NCBI GenBank assembly: GCA_043228905.1
Contig: JBHGNT010000021.1
Location: 12,710,001-12,774,000, forward strand
Source of the DNA: Azolla caroliniana
Lineage: Eukaryota; Plantae; Polypodiophyta
Direction: 5' to 3'
Length of the DNA stretch: 64,000 bases
Position 1 is the stretch's first letter; each line of letters opens with the position of its first letter. The position numbers and the translations under genes were made by a program. Below, one piece after another: positions 24,101 to 36,100 of this stretch. The notes under the pieces are model-generated. The model saw nothing but the letters and a program-made list of their open reading frames with translations, made no database searches and was not told the origin of the DNA.

Positions 24101-25573
24101 GGTTTTTGAAGATGGCTCACTTTGTCCCATGTTCCAAAACCATTTCTGGGGAAGAGACATCTGATCTTTTTCTTAAAAATGTTGTTTGATTACATAGCTT
24201 ATCTGAGGATATCACCTCTGATTGAGGTTCTTAGTTCATTTCCCACTTTTGGCGACGACTCCTACAAACATTCGGGACTTCTGTAAACTTGTCCTCAGCA
24301 TACCATCCTCAAATTGATGGACAAATGAAATGAATCAACCAATCCTCGAACAATACATTCGGTATACCGTGAGCTACCAACAAGAGGATTGGGTGGGCTT
24401 CTTTGCAATGGCAGAATTTGCCTACAATAATAGTATCCATGCTTCAGCTAAGGTTTCCCCCTTCTTTGCAAACTATGGATTTCATCCTTGTTTCAGTATT
24501 TCCATACCTGCAACTTCGGTCAATCCATCAGAGACGCATTCCCGCGCTATACACGATGTCCATCGTGATCTCTCCTTGGAGCTCCATGTCACTAGCGACC
24601 AGTATAAAGATCAAGCGGACTGACATCGCTTGTCTGCACAAACTTTTGCAGTCGGGGACATTGTTTGGTTGTTACGTCGCCACATCGCCACCACATGTCC
24701 TTGTGCAAAATTAGACTACAAAAGACTAGACCCTTTTCGTATCACCGAGCGGATCAAACCAGTCGCCTTCCGGTTAACACTTCCTCCAACATTTAGGATT
24801 CACCATGTTTATCATGTTTCTCTCCTCGAACTCTACCATCCTTCTCGAATTCCGGGACAACAACCTACTCCACCGCCACCTATGGAATTGTCGACGGGCG
24901 AAGAATATGAGGTTGACCAAATCCTCGACTCTCGATATCGTCGTCAACAACTCCAATATTTGGTCTTATGGAAAGGTTATCCCATTTCAGACACCACATG
25001 GGAACCAATTGCACAGTTACAAAATGCTCCGGAGGCCATTCACGATTTTCATCAATGATACCCACATAAACTAGCCGTGTGTTCTGGGAGGCGGCCTTAG
25101 AGGGAGGATAATGCCATAAACATGATGGAATGTAGGGGGTTCAACCCATGACCTCATGGTCTTATTGGGCAACCTTACCGATTGAGCTACATCCATCTAT
25201 GCATTATTGTATTGTATAAGTTTCAACTTATTACATTCTATGTTAATCACTAGAACTTTCAAGAAACTTCTAGAGAATGCATCTTCATGCACTCACTAGA
25301 AGTTTCCATGCACTCTCTAGATGTTTCCTAGATTGCGTGCATACCACCACATTCTTCTATAAATACTTTGGTGCACCTTGATTACAATCAAGGTGAACAA
25401 CACTAGTTACGGAAGCATAATTTAGTTCTTGCTCTTTTGTCTACCTTCTCTCTCTCTTGTTCTCTTGTCTATGCTCTCTCTCTCTCTATATATATCTATC
25501 TTTCGCTCTCTCTTAATATTTAGCTCACCTACTTATCCCTATTCTGGTCTACCCGTCTGTAGCAGAAAGAACC

Positions 25574-28500
25574 TGTTGGGAATAGACGCTTCTATTCACC
25601 TTCTTATCTCGGCCACAACCGATTAATCGCGGATCAATGGAGCAGAAAATAGGAAACACACGTAGAAACAAAACGAAGAAACGCGAGTACACAGAGATTA
25701 ACGTGGAAAACCCTATACGGGAAAAACCACGGGAGTGCGAGACTCCAAACCAAAATATGCACAGAGAAATATACAATGGCGAGCTGCAAGGCAACGACCT
25801 TGAGCTCGCTTTCTTCACCACAGGCGGCGGTATTACACAGAGGCGTCGACCTCTTCCTCTCTCACGCTCGCTCTATCTCTCTCTCTCTCACGGCTGCTTA
25901 CACTTCACTCCTCTAGAGTGGAAAAACAGAAAAATGAGAAGCAACAGTAAAACTGTTTGCCCTAAGTCATATTTATACTTATATGACTTTGGGCTATTTA
26001 CAACTGTGGCCTCAGGGGCCCATAGCGAACATATTCACGGATATGTCCCTGCATCCGGATCGCTCTCCGGGTACATTTGTCATCCGGTACCGAAACCGGG
26101 GTCTTCGTCATCCGGATCCGAAACCGAAACCGGGCTTGTCGGCATCCATCTCAGATATCCGACCATCCCATCCGAAAGGGACCGAAATCCCAACAAACTC
26201 CCCCTTCACTTCGGCATGGGATGTCTCTCCAATCCGATCCTCTTCCGGCATGCTTCCAGCTTGTCGGGTGTGAGCACCTTGGTCAGCATATCCGACCCGT
26301 TCTCGTCCGTGTGGATCTTCGTCAGCACGAACTCCTTGTCTTCTATCCTTTCCCGGATCCAGTGATATCTTCGCTGGATGTGCTTCGTCCGGGAGTGATA
26401 GGCCGCGTTCTTCGCAAGGTGGATTGCACTCTGACTGTCGCAGTAGAGTCGGTACTCCTCCTGCCGGATACCGAGCTCTCTAATGAAGTCCTTCATCCAA
26501 ATTATTTCCTTGCCGGCTTCAACAGCTGCCATGTACTCCGCCTCCGTGGTTGACAACGCAACCGTTTTCTGCAGCCTCGACTGCCACGAAACAGCTCCCC
26601 CTGCAAACGTCATCACATACCCTGATGTGGACCGGCTGGTATCTGCATCAGCCGACATATCCGAATCGGTGAAGCCGTCGAGTTCGGGCTTACCGGAGCC
26701 GAATCGGAGGCACACGTTTGCCGTGCCCTTCAGGTATCGGAGTATCCACTTGGCCGCGTTCCAATGCTCTTTGCCGGGATTGCTCATGTACCGGCTCACC
26801 ACTCCGACTGCATATCCGATGTCCGGTCTCGTACACACCATGGCGTACATCAAGCTCCCGACAGCTGAGGCATACGGCACTTTCACCATATCCTCCTTTT
26901 CAGCCTTTGTCTTGGGACTTTGCTTGCTGGACAACTTGCAGTTTGCCGGTAGGGTTGATCCGACCGGTCTTGCTTCCGACATGTTGAACCGTTGAAGCAC
27001 CTTTGTCACGTACTTCTCTTGTGACAGCCACAACTGCTTCTTGCTCCGGTCCCGGATGATGTGCATCCCTAGTATTTGCCTCGCCGGACCCAGGTCCTTC
27101 ATTGAGAAGGTTCGGTGAAGAGCCTTCTTCAGCATCCGTATCTTGACCTGGTCCCGTCCGACGATCAACATGTCGTCCACGTACAGGAGGAGTATTAGGG
27201 AGTCTCCTCCTTCGAACTTCTTCACAAACACGCAGTGGTCGGACTGCGTTTTGAGGTACCCTTCGTCGGTCATGAAGGAGTCGAACTTCCGGTACCATTG
27301 CCGGGGAGCCTGCTTCAGTCCGTAAAGGCTCTTCTTCAACCGGCATACCAGGTGCTCCTTCCCTTTCTTCTCGAATCCTTCCGGTTGCTGCATGTAGATC
27401 TCTTCTTCGAGGTCACCGTGAAGGAATGCCGTCTTCACGTCCATCTGTTCTACCTCGAGGTCCATGCTTGCCGCTATGCTCAGCACCGTCCGGATGGAGG
27501 TCATCTTCACTACCGGGGCAAATATCTCGTCGAAGTCGACGCCCTTCTTCTGCTGAAACCCCTTCACCACGATCCTGGCTTTGTATCTCGGGGGGTTTCC
27601 GGCATCTCCCGGTTTCAGCTTGAACACCCACTTGTTTCGCAGTGCCCGCTTTCCTTTCGGCAACTCCACAAGTTCATATGTGTGGTTCTCATGCAGGGAA
27701 TCCATCTCGTCCTGCATGGCACTCAACCACCTGCGGCTCTGGGTGTCATGCTTTGCTTCTTCAAAGCTCTCCGGCTCCCCCTCGTCGGTTAGCAACACGT
27801 GCTCTGGTTCCGGAAATCTCCGGGGGGCCCTTCTCTCTCTTAGAGGGTATCTCCGTTCCGGAGCTTCGGTAACCGGTTCTTCCGATTCTTCTTCTTCATC
27901 CGAATCCATTTCGGGATCGGGGCCGGTTCCGGTATCATTTTCATCTTCTTCGGCCGGTTCTGTTTCTTCACCGTCTTCGGCCGGATCCTCGAGTGTTAAC
28001 CGGTCCCTTGCCGGTCGGGACTGCTCCTCGTAGAGTTGATCCTCACCGATCGACTTGGAGCTCTTCATCTTCTTCTCCGACTCCCAGTCGGCGAGTGTCT
28101 TGTCCTCCATGAAGATGATGTCTCGACTCCTGAATATCTTCTTGTCGACCGGGTCCCATACTCGGTAGCCGAACTCGTCGTCGCCGTAACCGAGGAATAT
28201 GCATGGCCGGGTCTTAGGATCTAGCTTTCCTCTCCGGTCCTTTGCCACATGCACGTATGCGAGACACCCGAACACCTTCAGATGCCGGTAGGACACTTCC
28301 TTACCGGTCCACACTCTCTGCGGCGTGTCTCCGTCCAAAGGAACTGAGGGTGATCTGTTTATCACATATGTCGCCGTCGACATTGCCTCAGCCCAAAACC
28401 CCTTGGGTAATTTCGCATGCGCCAGCATACTCCGGACCCGCTCCATTATGGTCCGGTTCATCCTCTCGGCCAGCCCGTTCAGTTCCGGCGTCTTCGGCAC

Positions 28501-30933
28501 AGTAAACTCGAGCCGGATTCCCTTCGAGCGACAGTACTCCTGGAACTGCCCTCGGTATTCCCCTCCGTTATCCGCTCGTATGGCTTTCAGCTTCTTGCCG
28601 GATTCCCTTTCCACTCTCGCGTGGAGTTCTTTGAAGACGGACAACACTTGGTCCTTTGTCTTCATCGGTGCCGTCCACAGTCTTCGGCTATGATCATCTA
28701 TGAATGTTACGAAGTACTGGGCTCCGCCATGTGACTTCGTTTCTACCTGACACACGTCGGTGTGCACCAACTCCAATGGTGCGCTACGTCTCGTCGGTGG
28801 CCTTGAGTGGAAGGAGGTTCGGTTCTGCTTACCGGCCAGGCAATCGGTGCACTTCTCCAGGTGCACGTGCTTCACTGGAATAAGGTTGTCTTCTGCAAGC
28901 CTCTTCATCCCCTTCTCACTCATGTGGCACAATCTCTTGTGCCACAGCTCACCGGCAGTGTCGGCTGCCACATTCAGCTCTTCCGGACATAACCGGGCAT
29001 TCATCAGGTACAGTGTGTTGACCTTCCGGGCCCGAGCCACTATCAAGCTCCCCTTGCTGAACTTCATGACACCGTTCCGGATGCTACCCGTGTAGCCTTC
29101 ATCATCTAGCCTCCCGGCCGAAATCAGGTTCAGTCGGACCTCCGGAACGTGTCGGACATTCTTCAGCAGCATTTTGCATCCGGTCGGGGTTGTCAACCAC
29201 ACGTCCCCTATGCCGGCAATCCGGCACGTACCTTCGTTTCCCATCCGAACACAGCCATGCTCACCGGCTGTGTAGGATGAGAAGTATTTCTTCTCCGGGG
29301 TCAGGTGGAACGACGCTCCGGAATCGACCACCCAGGTCATCTCTACGCCGGCAAGGTTCAGCTCCCTCTCTTCGGTAATGAGCATGATTTCTTCTTCACT
29401 TGCCGCGAGTGCCGTCGTTCCTTTCCGGTCCTGCCCTCGCCGATCCGAACCTCTCCGGTCCGTGGCTCCCCGATATGCACCGTTTCTCTCCGGTGACTTC
29501 TTCGAATCGGTGTCGTCGGCTCCGTTGTCCTTTCGGTAATGCCGACAATTCTTCCGGAAGTGCCCCGGCTTCCCACAGTGGAAGCACGTGGGCCTTCCTC
29601 TTGACTGCGACCGGGTCCCCGACTTCTCCCGTCTTTGCGGACTCCGGTTCCAGTGTCTTCCCCGTTCCGATTCGGTAAGCAGCATCTTCGGGTCGGAGGT
29701 CGGTTCCTTATCTCTCCGACGCGCTTCTTCATTCAAAATACTTGTCTTTACCGTTTGTAAGGACAAGTTATCTTCGGTGCAGGAGGTGCTGAGAGTCACC
29801 ACCAAGTTCTCCCAGCTTTCTGGCAATGTACACATCAGGATGATGGCTTGCATTGCATCCTCCAACGGGAACTTAATCGCCGCAAGCTGGTTCACGAATC
29901 CCATGAACGTGCTTACGTGTTCAACCATACTCTCGCCGTCTCGATACTTGAGGTTCACTATCTTCCTCATCAGGGAGGTCCGGTTCAACGCATTCTTCCT
30001 CTCGTAGAGGCCCGACAGCTTCTTCCACATCTCATATGCGTTGGTGTCGTTCGCCACATGTTGTAGGACGCTTACATCGACATATTGTCGGATCGTTGCT
30101 ACGGCTTTCCGGTTCAGGAGCTTCCACTCCGACTCAAGTACCCCCTTCGGTATTTCCGACCTGTCAATCGGTTCGTACAGGTCCCGAACAATCAGAAGAT
30201 CCTCCATCTTGATCTTCCAGTCGGCGTAATTCTGTGCATTCAGCACCATCATCATCGGCTGCCCGCTGCCGCCGCCTTCCATTTTCTGCAACAGTCGCTC
30301 TGATACCAGATTGTTGGGAATAGACGCTTCTATTCACCTTCTTATCTCGGCCACAACCGATTAATCGCGGATCAATGGAGCAGAAAATAGGAAACACACG
30401 TAGAAACAAAACGAAGAAACGCGAGTACACAGAGATTAACGTGGAAAACCCTATACGGGAAAAACCACGGGAGTGCGAGACTCCAAACCAAAATATGCAC
30501 AGAGAAATATACAATGGCGAGCTGCAAGGCAACGACCTTGAGCTCGCTTTCTTCACCACAGGCGGCGGTATTACACAGAGGCGTCGACCTCTTCCTCTCT
30601 CACGCTCGCTCTATCTCTCTCTCTCTCACGGCTGCTTACACTTCACTCCTCTAGAGTGGAAAAACAGAAAAATGAGAAGCAACAGTAAAACTGTTTGCCC
30701 TAAGTCATATTTATACTTATATGACTTTGGGCTATTTACAACTGTGGCCTCAGGGGCCCATAGCGAACATATTCACGGATATGTCCCTGCATCCGGATCG
30801 CTCTCCGGGTACATTTGTCATCCGGTACCGAAACCGGGGTCTTCGTCATCCGGATCCGAAACCGAAACCGGGCTTGTCGGCATCCATCTCAGATATCCGA
30901 CCATCCCATCCGAAAGGGACCGAAATCCCAACA
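25574..30933 (-). mobile_element. Intact Ty1/copia element 'F' (Tnt1/Tork-like), 5360 bp
   Basis: Two 622-bp LTRs (25574-26195 and 30312-30933) identical by eye, TSD GAACC, PBS TGGTATCAGAGC (30308-30297, tRNA-iMet), PPT at about 26198-26209. Confidence 0.97.
26206..30282 (-). CDS. gag-pol: Gag-Pol polyprotein (about 1358 aa): Gag-ZnK-PR-INT-RT-RNaseH
   Basis: CFHCGKPGHFRKNC, VVDSGAS, LWHKRLCH...CTDC, ADNGGEY, QMDVKTAFLHG, YVDD, GFTDSD, HSRTKHI in one open frame. First ATG at 30282. Confidence 0.97.
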   Translation of the reverse strand: MEGGGSGQPMMMVLNAQNYADWKIKMEDLLIVRDLYEPIDRSEIPKGVLESEWKLLNRKAVATIRQYVDVSVLQHVANDTNAYEMWKKLSGLYERKNALNRTSLMRKIVNLKYRDGESMVEHVSTFMGFVNQLAAIKFPLEDAMQAIILMCTLPESWENLVVTLSTSCTEDNLSLQTVKTSILNEEARRRDKEPTSDPKMLLTESERGRHWNRSPQRREKSGTRSQSRGRPTCFHCGKPGHFRKNCRHYRKDNGADDTDSKKSPERNGAYRGATDRRGSDRRGQDRKGTTALAASEEEIMLITEERELNLAGVEMTWVVDSGASFHLTPEKKYFSSYTAGEHGCVRMGNEGTCRIAGIGDVWLTTPTGCKMLLKNVRHVPEVRLNLISAGRLDDEGYTGSIRNGVMKFSKGSLIVARARKVNTLYLMNARLCPEELNVAADTAGELWHKRLCHMSEKGMKRLAEDNLIPVKHVHLEKCTDCLAGKQNRTSFHSRPPTRRSAPLELVHTDVCQVETKSHGGAQYFVTFIDDHSRRLWTAPMKTKDQVLSVFKELHARVERESGKKLKAIRADNGGEYRGQFQEYCRSKGIRLEFTVPKTPELNGLAERMNRTIMERVRSMLAHAKLPKGFWAEAMSTATYVINRSPSVPLDGDTPQRVWTGKEVSYRHLKVFGCLAYVHVAKDRRGKLDPKTRPCIFLGYGDDEFGYRVWDPVDKKIFRSRDIIFMEDKTLADWESEKKMKSSKSIGEDQLYEEQSRPARDRLTLEDPAEDGEETEPAEEDENDTGTGPDPEMDSDEEEESEEPVTEAPERRYPLRERRAPRRFPEPEHVLLTDEGEPESFEEAKHDTQSRRWLSAMQDEMDSLHENHTYELVELPKGKRALRNKWVFKLKPGDAGNPPRYKARIVVKGFQQKKGVDFDEIFAPVVKMTSIRTVLSIAASMDLEVEQMDVKTAFLHGDLEEEIYMQQPEGFEKKGKEHLVCRLKKSLYGLKQAPRQWYRKFDSFMTDEGYLKTQSDHCVFVKKFEGGDSLILLLYVDDMLIVGRDQVKIRMLKKALHRTFSMKDLGPARQILGMHIIRDRSKKQLWLSQEKYVTKVLQRFNMSEARPVGSTLPANCKLSSKQSPKTKAEKEDMVKVPYASAVGSLMYAMVCTRPDIGYAVGVVSRYMSNPGKEHWNAAKWILRYLKGTANVCLRFGSGKPELDGFTDSDMSADADTSRSTSGYVMTFAGGAVSWQSRLQKTVALSTTEAEYMAAVEAGKEIIWMKDFIRELGIRQEEYRLYCDSQSAIHLAKNAAYHSRTKHIQRRYHWIRERIEDKEFVLTKIHTDENGSDMLTKVLTPDKLEACRKRIGLERHPMPK

Positions 30934-31334
30934 GAACCAAGGGGGGAGATGAGCAAAAAAAGGAAGCTGAGCCGACTGAAGGAGTCGGCACATCCGAACA
31001 AGTCGGAGCAAGCGGCAGCGGTGACAGACTCAAGAAGGATTGAGCCGACCGGAAGAAGGCCAAGACCCGAACGTGGTCCGATGTGGTGAAGGGCCTAAAA
31101 ATGGAAGACGAGTTGGAGACTACCAACTCAAACAAGAGCCGGAACGAATCAGAGGCAACCGATTCAGAGAAGAGCTGGAACAAATCGGAGGAAGCCGATT
31201 CGGTTCAACAATTTGATTTAAAGGAGCCGGATCAACTAAAGGCCAAGCGGACGAGAAGGCAGCGAAAGTCGACACCGATATGGAGGAACCAATGGGTTGA
31301 CAAGCGTCGGAGTCATAGCAATGAAGGAGCTGAG

Positions 31335-32017
31335 TGTCGAGAACTCGACGTTCCTTATGTCCGACACTCGGCCACAACCGAGATTCTTTTCATACACAGA
31401 AAAACAGGTAATGAAACGCGACACAAAAGAGGAGAAATGGTGCACAGGAGGTATACGTGGAAAAACCCCAAAATAGGGAAAAACCACGGCAGCCCACAAG
31501 CTGCAAACTGTCACTATGCAGAAATATACAACAGTGAGATCACTGAGGCAACGACCTCGTGTTCTCAGATCTTCGCCACAGGCGGCGGTTACAACAGAGG
31601 CTACGACCTCGTCTCTCTCTCTCTCTCTCTGTACAGTTACGCGCTCTGATTTCTTCTTGCACCAACAAGGAAGAATAATAACAAGAATGACAACTACAAC
31701 ACTAAAAGTTTGCCCTAAGTCATATTTATACTAATATGACTTTTCGGCTATTTACAAATGTAGCCTCGATGGGCTCCATCCGACTCTCCGCAGTCGGGTA
31801 CTCCTCATCCGGTTCATACCGGGCCTACACCATCCGACTCTCCGCAGTCGGGTACTCCTCATCCGGTTCATACCGGGCCTACACCATCCGACTCTCCGAA
31901 GTCGGGTTCTCCCCATCCGGTTCATACCGTTTCGGCCTCGGCCTGTCGGTCTCGGCCGAGTTTGTTCGTCGGCACTGTTCTTCTCCCTTCCCATCCGGAG
32001 GGACCTGTTTCCCAACA
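31335..32017 (-). mobile_element. Solo LTR (683 bp) related to copia F, with about three 54-bp U3 tandem repeats (31776 to about 31930)
   Basis: TG...CA termini, perfect TSD CTGAG, shares GTTTGCCCTAAGTCATATTTATAC with the F LTR. Confidence 0.9.
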
Positions 32018-32836
32018 CTGAGATGGGCCTATTGAGCAGACAAGCCGACCAAGGAGGTCGACGTGTGTAGAACCGGACAGGCCACGGGAAGCGGAACCGG
32101 ACCGGAAGAAGAGCGCGAGCAAAGGAGGGAGGACGCCAGAAGGAGCTGGAGGAAAGGACCGGCTACTGTAGACACTGACACCATGATTTGACCTCAAGTT
32201 GAGCTTGAGGGGGAGTGTTGAGTGAGCAAGCTCAACCAGATCTGAATCGGTTGAATAAGCCAGAGCCGGATCGGTATCTGAAATGAAGAGCCGCATCGAT
32301 GTCCGGATGGTATCCGGAACTAGGAGCCGGATCGGATTGAAACCGGTAGGCCGTTAGAGGCCTACGGATCTAGCCTAGTACATAGGCATAGTTTTGGGAG
32401 TCATTGGTAGTCGCTTGTATGAGCATTGAAGTACCTGTCAGTATTTCTGTTAGTGCTTTATGGACTTGTATAAAGTTCTCTTTGAGTACATTCTATGTAC
32501 AGAGAGTGTTATTATTTTTTAATTGAGTTTATGTTCTGCTCTCTATCTTTGTCTCTCTCGTGTATGCTAAGTACTCTCAAGCGTCCATTGAACCTGTGTT
32601 TATTCTCTGTTGCTACCCGGCTAAACTGTTTTTATCAAGATTCCGCATGCTAACTTTAACAAGCTAGTTCATGAGCAATCTGGGAAGACAACACTAGAAC
32701 GCAGTCAAGTGGATACTCCGGTACTTGAAAGGCACCTCGAGTATGTGCCTCCGGTTCGGCTCAGGTAAACCTCAACGAGTGTCACTAAAGAAGAGAAGTA
32801 CTACTAGTACTAAGAGGACGGGATTGCGTAAGACTC

Positions 32837-32880
<44 letters not shown>

Positions 32881-33138
32881 AAAAGAGAGATAACGAGGAT
32901 GAGAGAGAGAGATGATGATAACAGCCAATATATTATGTGAAGGATAAGTACAAAATGGCTAAGAGGCTTAAGACTAGTGTTGAACCAATTTGGTTCAACA
33001 TAATGCCTAGTGCATTCTTTTATAGTGTTCTCAGGAGTAATCCTGAAGCTTCTAGAATGTTCCAAAGAAATCTGGAATATACATTAATTTCCTATAATAA
33101 AACTTAAATAAAAATAATATCCTACGTATTAGAATAGA

Positions 33139-33192
33139 TGGTATAATGGTCAAGAGCTCGAGCCATATAACATAAGGTCATGGGTTCGAGTC
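33139..33192 (+). promoter_or_regulatory. tRNA-like A/B-box module in LTR U3 (second copy at 42962-43015)
   Basis: TGGTATAATGG(33139)...AGGTCATG-GGTTCGAGTC(33183). A-to-B distance 44 nt. Confidence 0.7.
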
Positions 33193-36100
33193 TTGCCATA
33201 TCATGACACTATCTCTCCCTTAAGGCGACAAGTGGAACAAGTCAGCGCTGATTGCGGACCGGGTTTGTCCGGATACTTTCGATGGAACTCAGCAAGAAGA
33301 TCTTGAGCATTGGCGACATGCTCGACGGGTTCCCAAGTATGTTCACTCGGACTATAGCCGAGCCAATCGACCAAATAATAAAGTTTGTTGTGAACAAATT
33401 TGGAGTTGAGGATGGCAACAACTTCATACTCCAGGCCGGCGTTGGTGTAACACGATCGGGAAGAGTGTTTGCCTTATAAGGTTCAAGAAGAGAACTATGG
33501 AAGACCGGATGTATCCGAAGATGCGGAGGAAGATCAAGGTAGAACGTACATCATTAACCTTACCGGTAATACGGAAAGGACCGAGTCGACGATAATCCAA
33601 CTTGTCGCACGGTCGAGTAGTCTTGATGTGACGACGTAAAAGCCATACTCGATTTCTGATGGAAAAAGAGGAGGGAAGTCGATGACAATCCGCGTAAGTC
33701 TTCTGCGTCTGTTGACCATGACGAAGATGAGTAGTCTCTCCAAATGATCCCCGGCATGAGGATTGGTAGGTAGCTTCGGGGTGTCGATCACCAACCAGAG
33801 AGGATGAGAACCGGTATAAGTGTAGAATGGGGAGACTCGAGTTGAGGAGTGAACAAGATTATTATACGCAAACTCCGCAAAGTGGAGAATCTCGGCCCAA
33901 TCGTCCTGTTGATAACTCAGGAAACACTCGAGATATTGCTCTAGCGTTTGGTTTGTTCGTTCTGCCCATCGGTCTGAGGATGGTAGCCGGAGGAGAGGTT
34001 GCAAGAGACCTTGAGCATCTTGAAGAGATGCTGCCAAAATTTGGAGACGAATTGAGGTCCTCGATCACGAATGATACTGTCTGAGAGGCCATGATGCCGA
34101 AATACTTCACGCATGACAAGTGCGACGGTTTCCTCACTAGTGATGGCCTTAGTACACGGCACGAAATGTGTCATCTTCATATATCAATCGAAGATGGTTA
34201 AGATAACATCGAACCCCTTTGAGACCAGCAGATCTGTGATAAAATCAAGACAAATAGACTGCCATGGCTTACTTGGAATCGGTAAGGGTTCCAACAAGCC
34301 ATATGGATGGTGTTGTGGCATCTTTGCTCGGTAGCAAGCATCACATGTCCGAACGTAGTCATCGACAAAACGTCGCATATGGGGTCACGAAAAGGATCGT
34401 TGAACTAGATACAACGTCTTAGTGCTACCGAAATGTCCTGCCATATGGGTGTCGTGACAACTTTGGACGATTTGAAGGCGACAGGAGCAATCGGGGACAT
34501 GTACAAGCTTTTTAAAGAATAACAAACCATCATGATATTCGAATTGTCGGTAGTCCATACCTGGTTGCTGACACTGGGAACAGGATGCCCGAGAGGTATC
34601 AATGTGCGCCAGAATGTCTTGAGCAAAATTGTCCGTCTTCAAATTCGCACGTATGGTGTCGATAATCTGGGAATCCATTGGGGTGTGAAAAATCTCCGTT
34701 GTGTGCAATCATGTTGGTCCCAAGATTACTTGCTTTTGATTATCGAACGCTGGATCACTAGGACGAAGTTGGCAAAACCTAGAAAACATTGCACATCTCG
34801 TACCGACCGTGGAATTTGCCACTCTAGCACAGTTTGGACTTTAGCTGGATCCATGGAGATGCCCTTTGAGGAGATGACGTAGCCTAGAAATTCAACTTGC
34901 TTGCAATCAAAGCTACATTTTTCTAGCTTGGCATAAAGACCATTCTCGCGGAGTCGTTTTAGTACTAATAGTACATGAGAATCGTGCTCTTCCTGGGTCT
35001 TCGAATAAATCAATAGATCATCCAGATAGATGATCAAACAAATATCCAAGAGGTTTCTGAATATATCATTTGCCATGTGTTGGAAGACTGCGGGTGCATT
35101 GGTTAGACCGAACGGCATAACAATATATTCGAAATGCCCATACCGCGTGCGAAAGGCGGTCTTCCATTCATCTCCCGGTCGGATCCGCATGAGGTTATAT
35201 GCTCCTCGTAGATCGATCTTTGTAAAAAACTTGGCACCATTAACTCGCTCTAAAAGACTTGATATAAGAGGAAGTGCATACCTATTACGGATGGTGACCT
35301 TTTTTAAGCCGCGGTAATCAACGACGAGACGAAGTGAGCCATCTTTCTTCTTGACAAAGAAGATGGGTGCACCGGCTGGAGATTTCGAATGACGAATAAA
35401 CCCACTTGCCAAGTTTTCCTCTATGTAGGCTCAAAGGACTTCTAACTCTGTGGAGGACAAGTTGTAAATTGGTCCCCATGGTGGCTCTACTCCCAGTTGT
35501 AGATCAATGGGACAATCTTAGGGACGATGATGAGGAAGAGTACCGGCTTTTACCTTGTCAAATACATCGGCATAAGGATGATATTTCGCCGGAAGATGTA
35601 CTAAGGATTCCTCGTTAATAGTGCTGGAAGGATGTACTGATATTGCAAATAGGAACATTGCCTCCTTGTGTCCTTCTTCGCGTAATTGACGTAGTGAAAT
35701 GGTCGAAACTCGATGAGTAGATTCTTGGGGTTGTCGATGTCGGACTTCTCTTGTTCTCTAATCTATGTCTGGATTATGTAATTCAAACCAAGGTAATCCC
35801 AGGACAATGGGATGCTCTGGACTACTAATTATATTAAATGCTACTACACACACAAAACTACCTAGGACAACTTGAATGGGTTCTGACTCTTCTACAATAT
35901 TCCTGGAAGCAATGGGACGACCATCAATGAATACTACAGATGCAGGGCAAGGAAGTTTTCTTAAGGATATCTGAGAAGCTTGGGCAAAATTTCGATCCAT
36001 GAAACAGGAATTAGCTCCGGAATCTAGAAGTGCTAGGACATGTACTGGGGGAGCACTTTTAGTACTAACCATGACTTGGCCTAGGAACACATTGCTAACT

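Larger units (their letters stand above)
20318..25564 (+). mobile_element. Decayed chromovirus (second family)
   Basis: TSD GAAAG (20313-20317 and 25565-25569), truncated 5' LTR 20318-20681, 3' LTR 25112-25564, PPT AGAGGGAGGATAA. gag/PR/RT/RH/INT/chromodomain remnants at about 21128-25100. Confidence 0.9.
14380..32661 (+). mobile_element. Decayed copia 'D' with four nested insertions
   Basis: LTRs at 14380-14788 and 32216-32661, Met-type PBS TGGTATCAAGGC (14789-14800), PPT TTGAGGGGGAG (32205-32215). Flanks AATCG and AGCTA can both derive from host AGCCG. Confidence 0.85.

Noticed and set aside
25637-26365. 242-aa ORF and its 222-aa twin at 30375-31043
   Set aside because: Antisense frames through the copia F LTRs, duplicated only because the LTR is. 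No domain.
26483-30303. Many plus-strand ORFs overlapping copia F, and similar short ORFs over other pol genes
   Set aside because: Shadow frames of GC-rich coding sequence with no independent support.
33130-33208. Functional tRNA gene
   Set aside because: A and B boxes are present but the acceptor, D and anticodon stems do not pair. Reported as a promoter-like module only, and the same applies to the other copies.
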